Source: Candidatus Poribacteria bacterium (GTDB lineage Bacteria > Poribacteria > WGA-4E > WGA-3G). Taken from it: a stretch of DNA of 64,000 nt. The notes under the pieces are model-generated. The model ran no database searches. It was not told the DNA's origin and saw only the letters and a program-made list of their open reading frames with translations. Shown here one piece after another: positions 1-10,724 of this stretch; position 1 is the stretch's first letter, and each line of letters starts with the position of its first letter. The translations under genes were made by a program, and so were the position numbers. Location of the stretch: assembly GCA_965214095.1 (NCBI GenBank), contig OZ243938.1:2528001-2592000 (forward strand). Direction: 5' to 3'.

Positions 1-2
1 TT

Positions 3-245
3 GACTTAAATGAGGGTGAATTTTTGGTCTTCCATTCCGATGGTTTGATTGAAGCACTCAACGCACAACAAGATATGTACGGAACAGAAAGACTAAACGA
101 TCTGATCGCAAATATCCCAAGCGAAAGTAGTGCTGAAGAAATGATACAGCATATATTTGATGATGTGCAGGAATTTGTTCAGGAAGCAGAACAATATGAT
201 GATATGACGCTTGTAGTTCTCAAGCGGATATCGGTGCCTGAATAA
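3..245 (+). CDS. PP2C/SpoIIE-family Ser/Thr phosphatase, C-terminal part (5' truncated by window edge)
   Basis: Frame open from position 3; motifs FHSDGLIEA and QYDDMTLVVL typical of SpoIIE/RsbU phosphatase domains. Confidence 0.85.
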   Translation, partial: DLNEGEFLVFHSDGLIEALNAQQDMYGTERLNDLIANIPSESSAEEMIQHIFDDVQEFVQEAEQYDDMTLVVLKRISVPE

Positions 246-265
246 TTGGATTAGATCATCAACAA

Positions 266-2182
266 CTATGCATTTCTAAAATCTATCACTGTTTGCCGAT
301 ATTCTTCTGGCAAACCAATATCAAACCGTCGTCCTTTCACAACATACCCAGAAAAACCATCTGCCTTTCGCAAATCGTCCAAACAAGATGTGAGTTGAAA
401 TTCGCCACGTTCACGAAAGTTGTGTTCAATATTCTGTTCAAGGAAACCAAATACCTGCGGTTCAATCACATAAATTCCAAATACTGTGAGGAAACTATCA
501 TCATCCATACCATCTACATGTAAATGTTCCCTTGCGTATTCAGGATCAGGTTTTTCATAAAACTCAGTTACCGATAGCATTGATTCTTCACTCCATATTC
601 CTGTGACACACCCAAAGTTAGACAGTTCATCTATCGGTGTCTCCTTCAACCCGACAACACTATGTCCTACCCGTTCGTAAGCATCTAAGACCTGTTTTGC
701 ACAGGAATATGCTTCATCGGAGGCGTACAGATGATCCCCTAACATCAATAGGAACGGTTCCCCGTTGACCCAATCTTTAGCACAGTAGACAGCGTGTCCG
801 AACCCTTCCTGAACATCTTGTGTAACAAACGATATACGACTACCCAATTCTATTAGATAGTCACAGTATGCTTTATTTTCCTTGCTCAGTTTGTTATAGT
901 GTTCAATACGCGGTGGCGTTTTGAAATAGGATTCAAATAGATCAATATCTCTACTTTGAACAATAAGACATACTTCCTCAATACCCGCATTGACTGCTTC
1001 TTCAACGATTGCCATAATGGCTGGCTTCGCACGACCCGTCCGGTCTATAACCGGAAATAGTTCCTTTTTCATTGCTTTTGAAGCAGGGAAAAGGCGGGTG
1101 CCAAATCCAGCTGCTGGGATAACCGCCTTACGCACATGCTTACTTGCTTCAACGACTAATTTCAGACAGGACATCTGCAGATCACGTTCTATAATCTCAA
1201 TTACTTTCCGCTGACACTCTTCATCTTTTACGATAAATTGTGCAGTGCCATCACCTTGAGAACCGACCCCTTTGCCACCCCAGATATAAGGTTGTATCGG
1301 TTCATAGTTGAGCACTTTATGAAGAACGGGAGCTGTCAATTGCGAAGGACAAGCAGGAATCAAGTGTTCATCAAACTCATGCTGTGCGCGTGTCATTAAC
1401 TTGCCAACAGTCTCTGCATTCCCAGTTCTAAGTGCTTCATAGGCAGATTGTGTGATCTCTTTACTCAATGGACCGAGAAAGTGCTGCACTTTATTCTGTA
1501 AGTCATTTTCAGCAAAAGGGTAACAGTGATTCAACTGATTAAGTATCAGCCGCGTATCTTTTCCAACACCCAAGTCAACAATGACCATGTATAGATTTGA
1601 TGGCACACTGAATTCTCTGACATTAATGTTATCCCCATCAAAAACCATGAGGATAGGATGTTGATAAGCACATCCTTGGTCCATCCTACCACAACGCGAA
1701 GGTGTCTTGATCTCACCTTGATAAGCACATTCCATTTCCCCGCGTGTTGTCATCTTTAAATCGTATATCCGATTAAATGCCCGTGCAACTAACACGCAGA
1801 TTGCTGCACTAGAGGATAGTCCTTTTTTCACAGGCAAATCTGTCAGATAGTTATCTATTTCTAATCCTTGGACGCGATAATTTGTCAGAATTTGGTATGC
1901 GACACCTGCAGCATAACTGAAAAAACTGCCTTTTTCAGCTTCTTCAAGTAAAGCAGCGGGTTCCATCGGTAATGTAAAAGGACCGTGACGTGTCCCATCG
2001 CTCAGACTGGTTTTCAAAATAAGACTTGTTGGATGAGGTTGCACTTCGGCATAGACCCCTTGATTTGTGCTTGTGATGAGGGTATACCCTTTTTCAAGTT
2101 CAGCATTCGTTCGCCTATGCCCACCAGCCCAATCACTGTGTTCTCCGAAGAGGCATATCCGTCCTGGAACAAAAAGTTTCAT
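266..2182 (-). CDS. Bifunctional GHMP sugar kinase / sugar-1-phosphate nucleotidyltransferase (GalU-like) fusion
   Basis: N-terminal PGRICLFGEHSD and LPVKKGLSSSAA (GHMP motifs); C-terminal KAVIPAAGFGTRLFPASKAMKKE, QEGFGHAV and EFQLT (GalU-like). Confidence 0.85.
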   Translation of the reverse strand: MKLFVPGRICLFGEHSDWAGGHRRTNAELEKGYTLITSTNQGVYAEVQPHPTSLILKTSLSDGTRHGPFTLPMEPAALLEEAEKGSFFSYAAGVAYQILTNYRVQGLEIDNYLTDLPVKKGLSSSAAICVLVARAFNRIYDLKMTTRGEMECAYQGEIKTPSRCGRMDQGCAYQHPILMVFDGDNINVREFSVPSNLYMVIVDLGVGKDTRLILNQLNHCYPFAENDLQNKVQHFLGPLSKEITQSAYEALRTGNAETVGKLMTRAQHEFDEHLIPACPSQLTAPVLHKVLNYEPIQPYIWGGKGVGSQGDGTAQFIVKDEECQRKVIEIIERDLQMSCLKLVVEASKHVRKAVIPAAGFGTRLFPASKAMKKELFPVIDRTGRAKPAIMAIVEEAVNAGIEEVCLIVQSRDIDLFESYFKTPPRIEHYNKLSKENKAYCDYLIELGSRISFVTQDVQEGFGHAVYCAKDWVNGEPFLLMLGDHLYASDEAYSCAKQVLDAYERVGHSVVGLKETPIDELSNFGCVTGIWSEESMLSVTEFYEKPDPEYAREHLHVDGMDDDSFLTVFGIYVIEPQVFGFLEQNIEHNFRERGEFQLTSCLDDLRKADGFSGYVVKGRRFDIGLPEEYRQTVIDFRNA

Positions 2183-2234
2183 TATGCGTCCTTATTGATT
2201 TTATTTGAGATAATGTTCAAATCTTCTTATGTAT

Positions 2235-2263
2235 ATTATATTATGAATATCTGCTATGGTCAA
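2235..2263 (-). promoter_or_regulatory. Sigma-70-type promoter for the kinase/nucleotidyltransferase gene
   Basis: Minus strand TTGACC-17 nt-TATAAT, about 50 nt upstream of the ATG. Confidence 0.6.
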
Positions 2264-2312
2264 GATGACTTTAAATCTAATTCCTAAGAAAATGATACAT
2301 ATATGACAACAA

Positions 2313-4643
2313 CTAAGGCTTCTGCTTTCTTGTCCACTGACACCGATTTACCCAAACTTGTGCTTCATGCACATCTCCCAATGAGAGTGACTTATCTGCA
2401 GCAATATCAGAATATATCCTCTCTGCAATGGCATAATCCTTCCTACGATAGGCGTTCATCCCTAACAACTGAAGCGATTCTATACGGATTAAATTGGGAA
2501 TCTTACTTTGTCCCTTACCGCCACCCAAGTCTAATGCATGATGTAAATATTGTGTGCTCAGTTCCCATTCCTTTTCCTGATGAAGTAGTTCTCCCGCCAA
2601 ATAATTGGTTAACCAACTATTCGGTTCAGAACGAATTATTCGCAACAGTAACACCATTTTTGTTCCACTATAAGTGCGACTAAGACTGTTGTTACGGATA
2701 AGCACCCTACTCAACCGATTTCTGGATTCTGCAGAAAAACTATCCGAGAGTGCTGCAATCCGTTTTAATATGCTCTTTTCTGTTGATTCGCGTATAGTAA
2801 ACGTAGAAGCTTGATTATAGGTCATCAATGCATCTTCAATATCCCCTTGAAGCCAATAGATGTCTCCAAGCAACTGTGCTGCTTCTGCTCTAAATTGCGA
2901 ATTCTTATCCAATATGATGCGCTTTGCTATTGAAATTGTAGATTGATAATTGCCTGTGTGAAAGGTGCTATACATTAATCCACGTGTGTTTCTTGCATTT
3001 TCAGGTTCATAAGACAACAATTTTTGGAATGATTCTATAGCGGATACGTAATCTTGACGATAATATGCACTCCAAGCATCATTTCGCAATGATGCCATTT
3101 CATGCGCACACACCTGTTCAAATATGCCACCACGTCTTAGTCGTTGTGTAGCGTAGTTTAGTTCATCTTCTTCCAGCGAAACTTCATTTCTTAAATATAA
3201 ACGCCATTCTCCCTCTAAGTCATGTTGATCCTTTCCATAAGTTTTTGACAAATTTCCAGTTGGAAATGCCTTTTTACACTTTTCAATTCCGTATCTATCA
3301 ATCAGGTAGCGTACAAATGATCCTGCCATCAAGTAACTTCGCGATCCAGCATGTTTCCAAAAACCGAGACTCATGACACTCGAAAGTTGCGGCGCGACAT
3401 TTAATTCTTGCATTGCCTTTGCCCACTGATGAACGGTTAATTTATCTTCTTCCCAATCCGCAGCGACAGCAACCCCTTCATGCATTCCAACATTCAGACT
3501 AACTTTCCAAGGTGACCAGTCCGCAGTTAGCACATGTGCAAGTTCATGTTTTAGGACTGGATGTGGGAAACCGAGAGAATGAACGTGAAAACCGTAGCCG
3601 AAAGGATCCTCAACGAATGTATTTCCAGCACCAATCAGTTGTTTTTTCTGTTCAGGTGAAACATATAAATAGACACGAACCTTACGCGAATTTTCTGTCT
3701 GTAAATACTCTGACAGTTGTGCATAACGGAATTCACAATCGTCTGCAAATAAGTCAATCTCGTTTTCAAGTTCTCTACTATAGAAGAGTTCAAAGTGTTC
3801 CGTTTCCCTATAACCCCCTAAAGATTCAGCAATGTCATGACGTGACGGACGAATCCCTATCATTCCAGAATAGAGTTCAATTCCCACTATTGCCAATACC
3901 ATCAAAGACAATGTAGCGACACGCAAAAGGGAGAACTGTGAAGACTTTATGAGTCTCCGCCATCTCAGTTTAGGAAGCAGAGCTGTTGTTCTGTTTACTT
4001 CACACGTAAAAACTGAAATAGTTAAAAAGACTAACCCCCATAATATTGTTTCTGCTCGCGAAATCAGTAAGGTAGAGGTGATTGAGATGACGAAATCATA
4101 AATCGGACCAGGAAAATAACCGAGTATTGGGTGAAAAGCAAATACAGGAGGATGAAAGATAAGGTTTGTGATTGTAGGAACACACGACACAATGAGAAAA
4201 GTCAGGTATGCTAAATAAGCAAGCCAACGTCTTTGTATCCATAGATTAAAAAATATACCTGCAGCAGTTACTGTAAAACAACTTATTATTGGTAATATAA
4301 GGTAAAGGAGAAAGCCTTCTATGATATTGCAATTTTTGATGCGTATAGCATTTGCAAGAATAATAATTAGTGGAATTAATAGTAATATGGCGTTTGATTT
4401 AAGTGCCCGATAGAGACATCTCAGAATTATGCTGTGTGATGATCCAGCAAGTTCGTCAGGATCCTTTTTCATCACCTGTAATTCTGTCATCGCTACATGC
4501 GCACCAGCAAATGCTATGAAAAGTGTGATGACTGCACAAAACTCAAAAGCGAGAAGATTAAACAGCGGTACTGTAGCAAGCACCAATGTCAAAACACTGA
4601 TAGATAGTATCCATAACCAATATGAAAATGTTCTATTTATCAT
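2313..4643 (-). CDS. Multi-pass membrane protein with gluzincin (peptidase MA-like) domain and C-terminal TPR repeats
   Basis: About 7 hydrophobic N-terminal segments; LKHELAHV followed by GMHEGVAVA; TPR-like helical repeats in the C-terminal third. Confidence 0.7.
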   Translation of the reverse strand: MINRTFSYWLWILSISVLTLVLATVPLFNLLAFEFCAVITLFIAFAGAHVAMTELQVMKKDPDELAGSSHSIILRCLYRALKSNAILLLIPLIIILANAIRIKNCNIIEGFLLYLILPIISCFTVTAAGIFFNLWIQRRWLAYLAYLTFLIVSCVPTITNLIFHPPVFAFHPILGYFPGPIYDFVISITSTLLISRAETILWGLVFLTISVFTCEVNRTTALLPKLRWRRLIKSSQFSLLRVATLSLMVLAIVGIELYSGMIGIRPSRHDIAESLGGYRETEHFELFYSRELENEIDLFADDCEFRYAQLSEYLQTENSRKVRVYLYVSPEQKKQLIGAGNTFVEDPFGYGFHVHSLGFPHPVLKHELAHVLTADWSPWKVSLNVGMHEGVAVAADWEEDKLTVHQWAKAMQELNVAPQLSSVMSLGFWKHAGSRSYLMAGSFVRYLIDRYGIEKCKKAFPTGNLSKTYGKDQHDLEGEWRLYLRNEVSLEEDELNYATQRLRRGGIFEQVCAHEMASLRNDAWSAYYRQDYVSAIESFQKLLSYEPENARNTRGLMYSTFHTGNYQSTISIAKRIILDKNSQFRAEAAQLLGDIYWLQGDIEDALMTYNQASTFTIRESTEKSILKRIAALSDSFSAESRNRLSRVLIRNNSLSRTYSGTKMVLLLRIIRSEPNSWLTNYLAGELLHQEKEWELSTQYLHHALDLGGGKGQSKIPNLIRIESLQLLGMNAYRRKDYAIAERIYSDIAADKSLSLGDVHEAQVWVNRCQWTRKQKP

Positions 4644-4811
4644 AGGGATTTTGGGGCGTTATTGTTGCATTGCTTTAAGGACTGTGTATATTCTCATATT
4701 GATGATTACAACTGATTAAATCAACTTATATTGGAATTAACCATTCTATATGAATCACTATGTATCTGTCAATTGAAATTCAAAGCAGATTTCAAGATTC
4801 CAACTTTTATC

Positions 4812-4840
4812 TTGACTTTAAATAAAATATTTGATACTAT
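4812..4840 (+). promoter_or_regulatory. Sigma-70-type promoter of the TCA gene cluster
   Basis: TTGACT-17 nt-TACTAT with TG of an extended -10. Confidence 0.6.
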
Positions 4841-4995
4841 ATTTTAAGACGTAAAACAATCAGTCAGTAAACTTTCATAACCAATGGAATCTGAATGCCT
4901 TACCGTTACAGCGCAACCCAAGATAAACATGCAGGCTGCGTTATAGGGTAGTTATGTGTTTTTGGACTAATCAGATTCTGTACGAAGGAGATTTC

Positions 4996-6555
4996 ATGTT
5001 GAATAAGAATATGGAGGCGAAACAGGAATCGGTGATTAGAAAAATCCTTTCTGAAGTTCCCGCAGCCTCTACGTACTCCCCTGTAAATGAGGCAATAGAG
5101 AAGGCAACAGATTTGGGGGAGAACACAATAGCGGCAGCACTCAATGGTTTCAGTTCTATGCCACAATCTACAAATGTTTTCGCGAACCCCGTTTTACACA
5201 AGGCTGCCGTAGACTGTAAGGACGCACAGATAACACTGAATATCAGAAGTTTCGCAATTCGCGGGGTCGTTTCAGAGAGTGAGATTATTGAAAACAAACT
5301 TAGTCCTGCGTCCGTTATTTTTGTAGGTCTTTTTGGTAGAAAACCTGAAAAAGACGCTAAAGGTATAGATGAAGAGAATGTTTTTTCAGAACTAATCAAT
5401 AGTAATTTCTATAAGTTTACTGAACTTGAGAGAGAAGGACTAACAGGTAAACAAAGTCTCATCACTCAGGTCGCAGAGTTCGTAAAATCCTTCCCAGATG
5501 CCGGTCCAGAAGCAGCTATCCAACATTTCTCAACACTACGTAAATTAAGTGAACCGAATCAGCAAGGAATTAAAGGAACAAGAGATCCAGCGGATCTGTT
5601 GTTAGAACTCATTGATACACACATGGAAAACGTTGCTGTAGGGACAGTATCTGTTTTCATGCGTCACCAGTTGAGAGAAAGCAATGCACTGCACCCACAA
5701 GTGCTGGCAATGCGTGCAAATGACCTTATTTCTAAACATCAAGAAAGTGGTAAGACCGCCTTCGAAACATGTTATAGTCTCCTTTTAGGTAGAGAAGCAA
5801 GTGCTGTTGAAGCAAATATCTTAGAACGGATGGGAATCATACAAACACACCACGGTTCTGCTGGTTCAAACGTTGTTGCCCGTTATCTTGCATCTTTGTA
5901 TGCTGGTGCCGTTTCCGATTTCTTTGTTGCATCGCAGATGGCTTTAGATGGAGACCGTCATTTTGGTGCTATTCATGATATGACAGCATTTATCAATGAA
6001 ATTGAACCGCTTGATACTGATGCAAGAGAAACAGCAATTCGTGAACGGATGCGGAGTGCACTTCCAACATTTGGACATCCTATGATCGCTGCTGCTGGTA
6101 GATCCGATGAAATTCAGCAAGACCCAAGACCCGCAATCTATTTCAACCCATTCATTGATGCAGTTGAAAAGGGAGAGATTCAACTGAGTGATAGACAGAA
6201 AAAACGTTTAGCAATTATGCAACGTTTATATCAGATCGCTTTTGTTGAAGGCGTTGTACGTACTGGTCGTGAAGACGAACCCCCACTCCGTCTAACTCCT
6301 AACACTGACTTCGGGGGATGGGCAGTTCAAGAAGGTCTGGACATCTATGAAAGCGATAGGACATTCCTTACATACATCTTCCGCGGATTTGGTTGGATTA
6401 TGGATGCACGGGAACAACTCCAATTGAAAATTATCCGTCCAGTCATTCCACCAGACCCAGAGATTGTTCCCAAACCCTCCGATGATACGACAATCGCAAA
6501 TGAAGTTGTTGCATTACACAATCGGATGGCAGGTGCTGAGATTTTTGACCAATAA
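4996..6555 (+). CDS. Divergent citrate synthase-family protein
   Basis: THHGSAGSN, LPTFGHP, DPR and PNTDF match the His/His/Arg/Asp catalytic pattern; upstream of icd and mdh; AAGGAG RBS before ATG 4996. Confidence 0.7.
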   Translation: MLNKNMEAKQESVIRKILSEVPAASTYSPVNEAIEKATDLGENTIAAALNGFSSMPQSTNVFANPVLHKAAVDCKDAQITLNIRSFAIRGVVSESEIIENKLSPASVIFVGLFGRKPEKDAKGIDEENVFSELINSNFYKFTELEREGLTGKQSLITQVAEFVKSFPDAGPEAAIQHFSTLRKLSEPNQQGIKGTRDPADLLLELIDTHMENVAVGTVSVFMRHQLRESNALHPQVLAMRANDLISKHQESGKTAFETCYSLLLGREASAVEANILERMGIIQTHHGSAGSNVVARYLASLYAGAVSDFFVASQMALDGDRHFGAIHDMTAFINEIEPLDTDARETAIRERMRSALPTFGHPMIAAAGRSDEIQQDPRPAIYFNPFIDAVEKGEIQLSDRQKKRLAIMQRLYQIAFVEGVVRTGREDEPPLRLTPNTDFGGWAVQEGLDIYESDRTFLTYIFRGFGWIMDAREQLQLKIIRPVIPPDPEIVPKPSDDTTIANEVVALHNRMAGAEIFDQ

Positions 6556-6623
6556 AGATTTTCTCCTTCATTATTCCCTATAACACCTTATAGATACTCC
6601 GTGTGAATCAGAGAGGAATCAAA

Positions 6624-7871
6624 GTGATTGAATTTGACCAATTAAAAGTACCGACAACCGGTGAGAAAATTGAGACATCCAGCGGACAGATGGTTGTCCC
6701 AGATAACCCCATCATACCTGTTATTGAAGGCGACGGTATCGGACGAGACATCATGAAAACGACACGTCGTGTCGTTGATGCTGCTGTTCAAAGTGCTTAT
6801 GATGGTGAGAAGCAGATCGTTTGGTTTGATGTGTATGCTGGTGAAAACGCCATGGATAAATACAATGAATGGCTGCCACAAGATACCTTCAACGCGATTG
6901 AGCATTTCCGTGTGGCACTAAAAGGACCACTAACAACCCCTGTCGGCGGTGGATTTCGCAGTTTGAACGTAACACTACGTCAAGTGCTTGAACTCTATGC
7001 GTGTGTGCGTCCTGTCCGTTATTTTCAAGGTGTCCCCGCGCCTGTTACGCATCCAGAAAAGATGGATGTTGTCATATTCCGTGAGAATACCGAAGATGTC
7101 TACGCAGGTATTGAATGGGAACAAGGCACACCTGAAGTGAAAAAGGTTATTGACCTGCTTCGCACTGAAATGGGTGTTGAAATTCGTGAAGACTCTGGCG
7201 TTGGCATCAAACCGATAAGCATTTTCGCAACGAAACGGCTGACACGCATGGCAATTCAATACGCTATTGAACACGGTAGACGTAGTGTAACCTTTGTCCA
7301 CAAAGGCAATATCATGAAGTTCACTGAAGGTGCGTTCTGCGCGTGGGGATATGAACTCGCTAAAGAGGAATTTGCGGACACAACGATTACAGAAGCAGAG
7401 CTTTATGACGAATATGATGGGAACGTCCCAGAAGGTAAAATAATCGTCAATGACCGAATTGCCGATAGCATGTTACAGCAGATTTTAACCCGTACCGATG
7501 AATACGATGTGATTGTTACACCGAATTTGAATGGTGATTATTTGTCAGATGCAGCAGCAGCACAGGTCGGTGGGATCGGCATGGCACCGGGTGGTAATCT
7601 CAACGATGAAGTCGCACTCTTTGAAGCAACACACGGTACAGCACCGAAATATACTGATCAAGATGTCGTCAACCCGGGTTCACTCATCCTTTCTGCCGTG
7701 ATGATGTTAGAACATATCAATTGGCAGGAAGCCGCAGACCTGATTATCAGTGGACTTGAGAAGACTATTCTCCAAAAGAAAGTCACCTATGATCTGGAAC
7801 GGTTGATGGAGGGTGCAACGAAAGTTCGCACATCTGAATTCGGTGCAGCAATTATTGAAAACTTTCGGTAA
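6624..7871 (+). CDS. icd: Isocitrate dehydrogenase (NADP+)
   Basis: [45 protein letters not shown] and [11 protein letters not shown]; GAGAGG RBS before GTG 6624. Confidence 0.97.
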   Translation: MIEFDQLKVPTTGEKIETSSGQMVVPDNPIIPVIEGDGIGRDIMKTTRRVVDAAVQSAYDGEKQIVWFDVYAGENAMDKYNEWLPQDTFNAIEHFRVALKGPLTTPVGGGFRSLNVTLRQVLELYACVRPVRYFQGVPAPVTHPEKMDVVIFRENTEDVYAGIEWEQGTPEVKKVIDLLRTEMGVEIREDSGVGIKPISIFATKRLTRMAIQYAIEHGRRSVTFVHKGNIMKFTEGAFCAWGYELAKEEFADTTITEAELYDEYDGNVPEGKIIVNDRIADSMLQQILTRTDEYDVIVTPNLNGDYLSDAAAAQVGGIGMAPGGNLNDEVALFEATHGTAPKYTDQDVVNPGSLILSAVMMLEHINWQEAADLIISGLEKTILQKKVTYDLERLMEGATKVRTSEFGAAIIENFR

Positions 7872-7905
7872 AAACATCCTGTTACGGTTTACGAGAGAAC
7901 AACAG

Positions 7906-8043
7906 ATGTCATTGAAAACAAAAATAATACTTAGTGTAGGTTTGCTGGCTGGCATTGGTTTTGTAATGGTGTATGTGCTTTATTATCTTCACAAACGGAT
8001 TTTGGAAGAAGTTATCGCAATTCGTGAGCATGTTGAGAAGTAG
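7906..8043 (+). CDS. Small single-TM hypothetical protein (45 aa)
   Basis: ATG 7906 after GAGAG; one hydrophobic helix IILSVGLLAGIGFVMVYVLYYL. Confidence 0.4.
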   Translation: MSLKTKIILSVGLLAGIGFVMVYVLYYLHKRILEEVIAIREHVEK

Positions 8044-8133
8044 GAAAATAATCATGAATTGGGACCAAATAGTTGAAAAAATCACAGCAGACCGAAACAG
8101 AACCTGAAAATAGAAAGCAGCAACCGGTACAGG

Positions 8134-9630
8134 ATGCACAAAATGTCAAATAACCTACAAATCCCATTCAATTTTGATGAAAAAGAGATATTAAACAGAC
8201 AATTGCCCCCTAAAGGTTATAAAGGTTTTGCCAACTTCCACAAATATTGGGGGAAAAAACCTGCCGAAGTGTGGCGATTCCTAATAGAAAAACTGACTGT
8301 ATCCAACGATATCGTTTTAGACCCCTTCATTGGATCGGGACTAATTGCAAAAGAATGTGTTGATAACAATTGTCGGTTCATCGGTTTTGATGTCAATCCA
8401 ATTAGCATAGAATTAACAAAACTCTATTTACACCCTCCAGATTATATAGATTTAGCTAAGGCAGTTTATGGAATGGAAAGTGATATTAAATCGCAAATCA
8501 ATTCAATGTATGAATTATCAGATGGCGTTATAGCGACACATTTCTTATGGAACAATAATCAGATAAAGCGAGTTTGGACAAAAAGTGGTAGGAAAAGGGT
8601 TGAACTTACCCCAACTCAGTTAGAAATTGAAAATCTCCAAAATATAGAAGAATACCAACCAGTAAGAATTAGAGAACTCCAGTTGTTTGACAATTCAAGA
8701 ATAAATTCAAAAAAAGCATTCTCTGCAAAAACACTTTTTACTCCAAGAGCATTGAGAGCAATTGACATAATTAAAGGTGAGATTGAAAAGCATTCTGGTG
8801 ACTTAAAAAGAGCGTTGATGTTAATATTATCAGCGTCGGTGGGTCAAATGTCAAAAATGGTTTTTGCTGTTTCAAACAGGGGGAAAACCAAGGGAATTGA
8901 AACAAACAATGTTGAAGTTGGGAGTTGGGTAGTTGGATATTGGTGTCCCGCGCAGCACTTTGAGATAAACGCATGGAACTGTTATTTAACTAAAGCCACC
9001 AAATTGTTAAAAGCTGTCGAAGAAGGTCGACAGCTAAAATCTGCTACAATTTCAACATCTCTAGCCGATTTCCTAAATAAAGAAAGAACCGCTTATGTCC
9101 AGCAAGGTGATTCTGAACAACTTCTAAAAGATATACCATCATCGTCCATTAACCTTATATTAACAGACCCACCACATGGAGATAGAATTCCCTATTTAGA
9201 ACTTAGTGAGATGTGGAACAGCATCATAGGATTAGATTCTAACTATGAAGAGGAACTCGTTGTTTCAAATGCAAAGGATCGTGGAAAAGATGTTAAATTG
9301 TATAATGAAAAATTATCTGCCATTTTTTACCAATGTGCTCGAGTTTTAAAAAAAAATGGTGTAATGGCAATTCTGTTTAACACCCGATCTGAGTGTCATT
9401 GGCAAAGTTTCCGAGAATTGGAGGAAACTACAGGATTAACATATATTGGATGTTATCCAAGTGCATATTCTGCTGGTTCTGTCCTACAGGATAATAGAAA
9501 GGGTGGATTAAAATCAGATTTCGTTCTGTTGTATGGAAACAAGATTAGCGAGGAAAAACGTCTTGAAACCGTAGAAGATTTTAACGATGTCAAGGATTGG
9601 ACAACCCTCTATCCTCTAGAAAGTGATTGA
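8134..9630 (+). CDS. Amino (N6-A/N4-C) DNA methyltransferase of a type II R-M system
   Basis: FHKYWGKKP, motif I LDPFIGSG and catalytic motif ILTDPPHGD; TTGA overlap with the next gene. Confidence 0.88.
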   Translation: MHKMSNNLQIPFNFDEKEILNRQLPPKGYKGFANFHKYWGKKPAEVWRFLIEKLTVSNDIVLDPFIGSGLIAKECVDNNCRFIGFDVNPISIELTKLYLHPPDYIDLAKAVYGMESDIKSQINSMYELSDGVIATHFLWNNNQIKRVWTKSGRKRVELTPTQLEIENLQNIEEYQPVRIRELQLFDNSRINSKKAFSAKTLFTPRALRAIDIIKGEIEKHSGDLKRALMLILSASVGQMSKMVFAVSNRGKTKGIETNNVEVGSWVVGYWCPAQHFEINAWNCYLTKATKLLKAVEEGRQLKSATISTSLADFLNKERTAYVQQGDSEQLLKDIPSSSINLILTDPPHGDRIPYLELSEMWNSIIGLDSNYEEELVVSNAKDRGKDVKLYNEKLSAIFYQCARVLKKNGVMAILFNTRSECHWQSFRELEETTGLTYIGCYPSAYSAGSVLQDNRKGGLKSDFVLLYGNKISEEKRLETVEDFNDVKDWTTLYPLESD

Positions 9631-10724
9631 AAATGTTGGATTTTAGTACTGCTGTGAGTATGTTCAAAAATGATAGAATTCGTGAACTCTCATCAACAGA
9701 TGAAGGAATGCAATTTTTAAAGCTCCGTTCACTTTCACGAAAAGAACAACTTGATTACCTGATCAATAAATTTGATGTAGATATAGGGAGTAACAAGACA
9801 AACAATGAAAAGTTGAGAATAATCTTTGAATCTGATTTACGTTCAGAAAAAATAGACGACACTATTCAAGAATTGTTTGAAAAAGAACGGAAAACTCGTC
9901 GTGAAAGCGAGCCGCAATTGATAAATCAGTTGTACAAAGTTCAGTCTTTTGGGTGGGGAGGATTACATCAGAACAGTTTAGAAACAACTATTGTAAATAG
10001 GTATGTGAAGAAGATAACTTCTTATGATTCATTGTCTGATGCAATAGAAAATGATCTACACAAAAGTTTACGTGCCTACGTATTAGCATCATGGTATAAC
10101 CATTGGACTTCTATCATTATTGAAGATATTTTTAAAGAACATGTGAATGTAATTCCTGCAGTAGGACAGATAAAGAAAATCGACTTTTTTGTTAATAACA
10201 AACCTTATGACTTAAAAGTAACTTATTTACCTGAAGGCTACATTAAGGGTTATCGGAAGGAAAGCGGGTTACGTCCTGAGTTGACCTTAATGAAAAATTT
10301 AGCGCGAGAATTAAATATTGGTTTTGATACTACTGTTTCTGAGTCTGTTTTAATTCCTGATTTATGGCATAAACTTGACGATAATCCAAGTGAAAGTGCT
10401 CGTGGATTGATAAATGAATTACAAACATGTAGGGAAGAGTTATTAAACATCTCCATTGCGAATCCTGTATTACTTGGACAATGGTTTTATGAAAATCAGG
10501 GTGTGCGGCGTTTTGATGCTTCAAACCGATTATTCTTGGTGCTGGTAGATAAAACTAACTTTTTTGAATCTTGGAAATTAAAAAGAGCCAGACCTTTGAT
10601 AGTACAACATGTAAACGAATATCTGAAGAAATCGAATATAGATGTAGGTTTTCAACTTGATTTCAATTGGGAAGGAGAAACTTACTCAACTGAAGCTGAT
10701 GTGATTTTTGTTGTCAAACAATAA
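9627..10724 (+). CDS. Putative type II restriction endonuclease (PD-(D/E)XK)
   Basis: Translationally coupled to the MTase; IED...IDFFVNNKPYDLKVT nuclease-like motif; AT-rich. Confidence 0.7.
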   Translation: MKMLDFSTAVSMFKNDRIRELSSTDEGMQFLKLRSLSRKEQLDYLINKFDVDIGSNKTNNEKLRIIFESDLRSEKIDDTIQELFEKERKTRRESEPQLINQLYKVQSFGWGGLHQNSLETTIVNRYVKKITSYDSLSDAIENDLHKSLRAYVLASWYNHWTSIIIEDIFKEHVNVIPAVGQIKKIDFFVNNKPYDLKVTYLPEGYIKGYRKESGLRPELTLMKNLARELNIGFDTTVSESVLIPDLWHKLDDNPSESARGLINELQTCREELLNISIANPVLLGQWFYENQGVRRFDASNRLFLVLVDKTNFFESWKLKRARPLIVQHVNEYLKKSNIDVGFQLDFNWEGETYSTEADVIFVVKQ

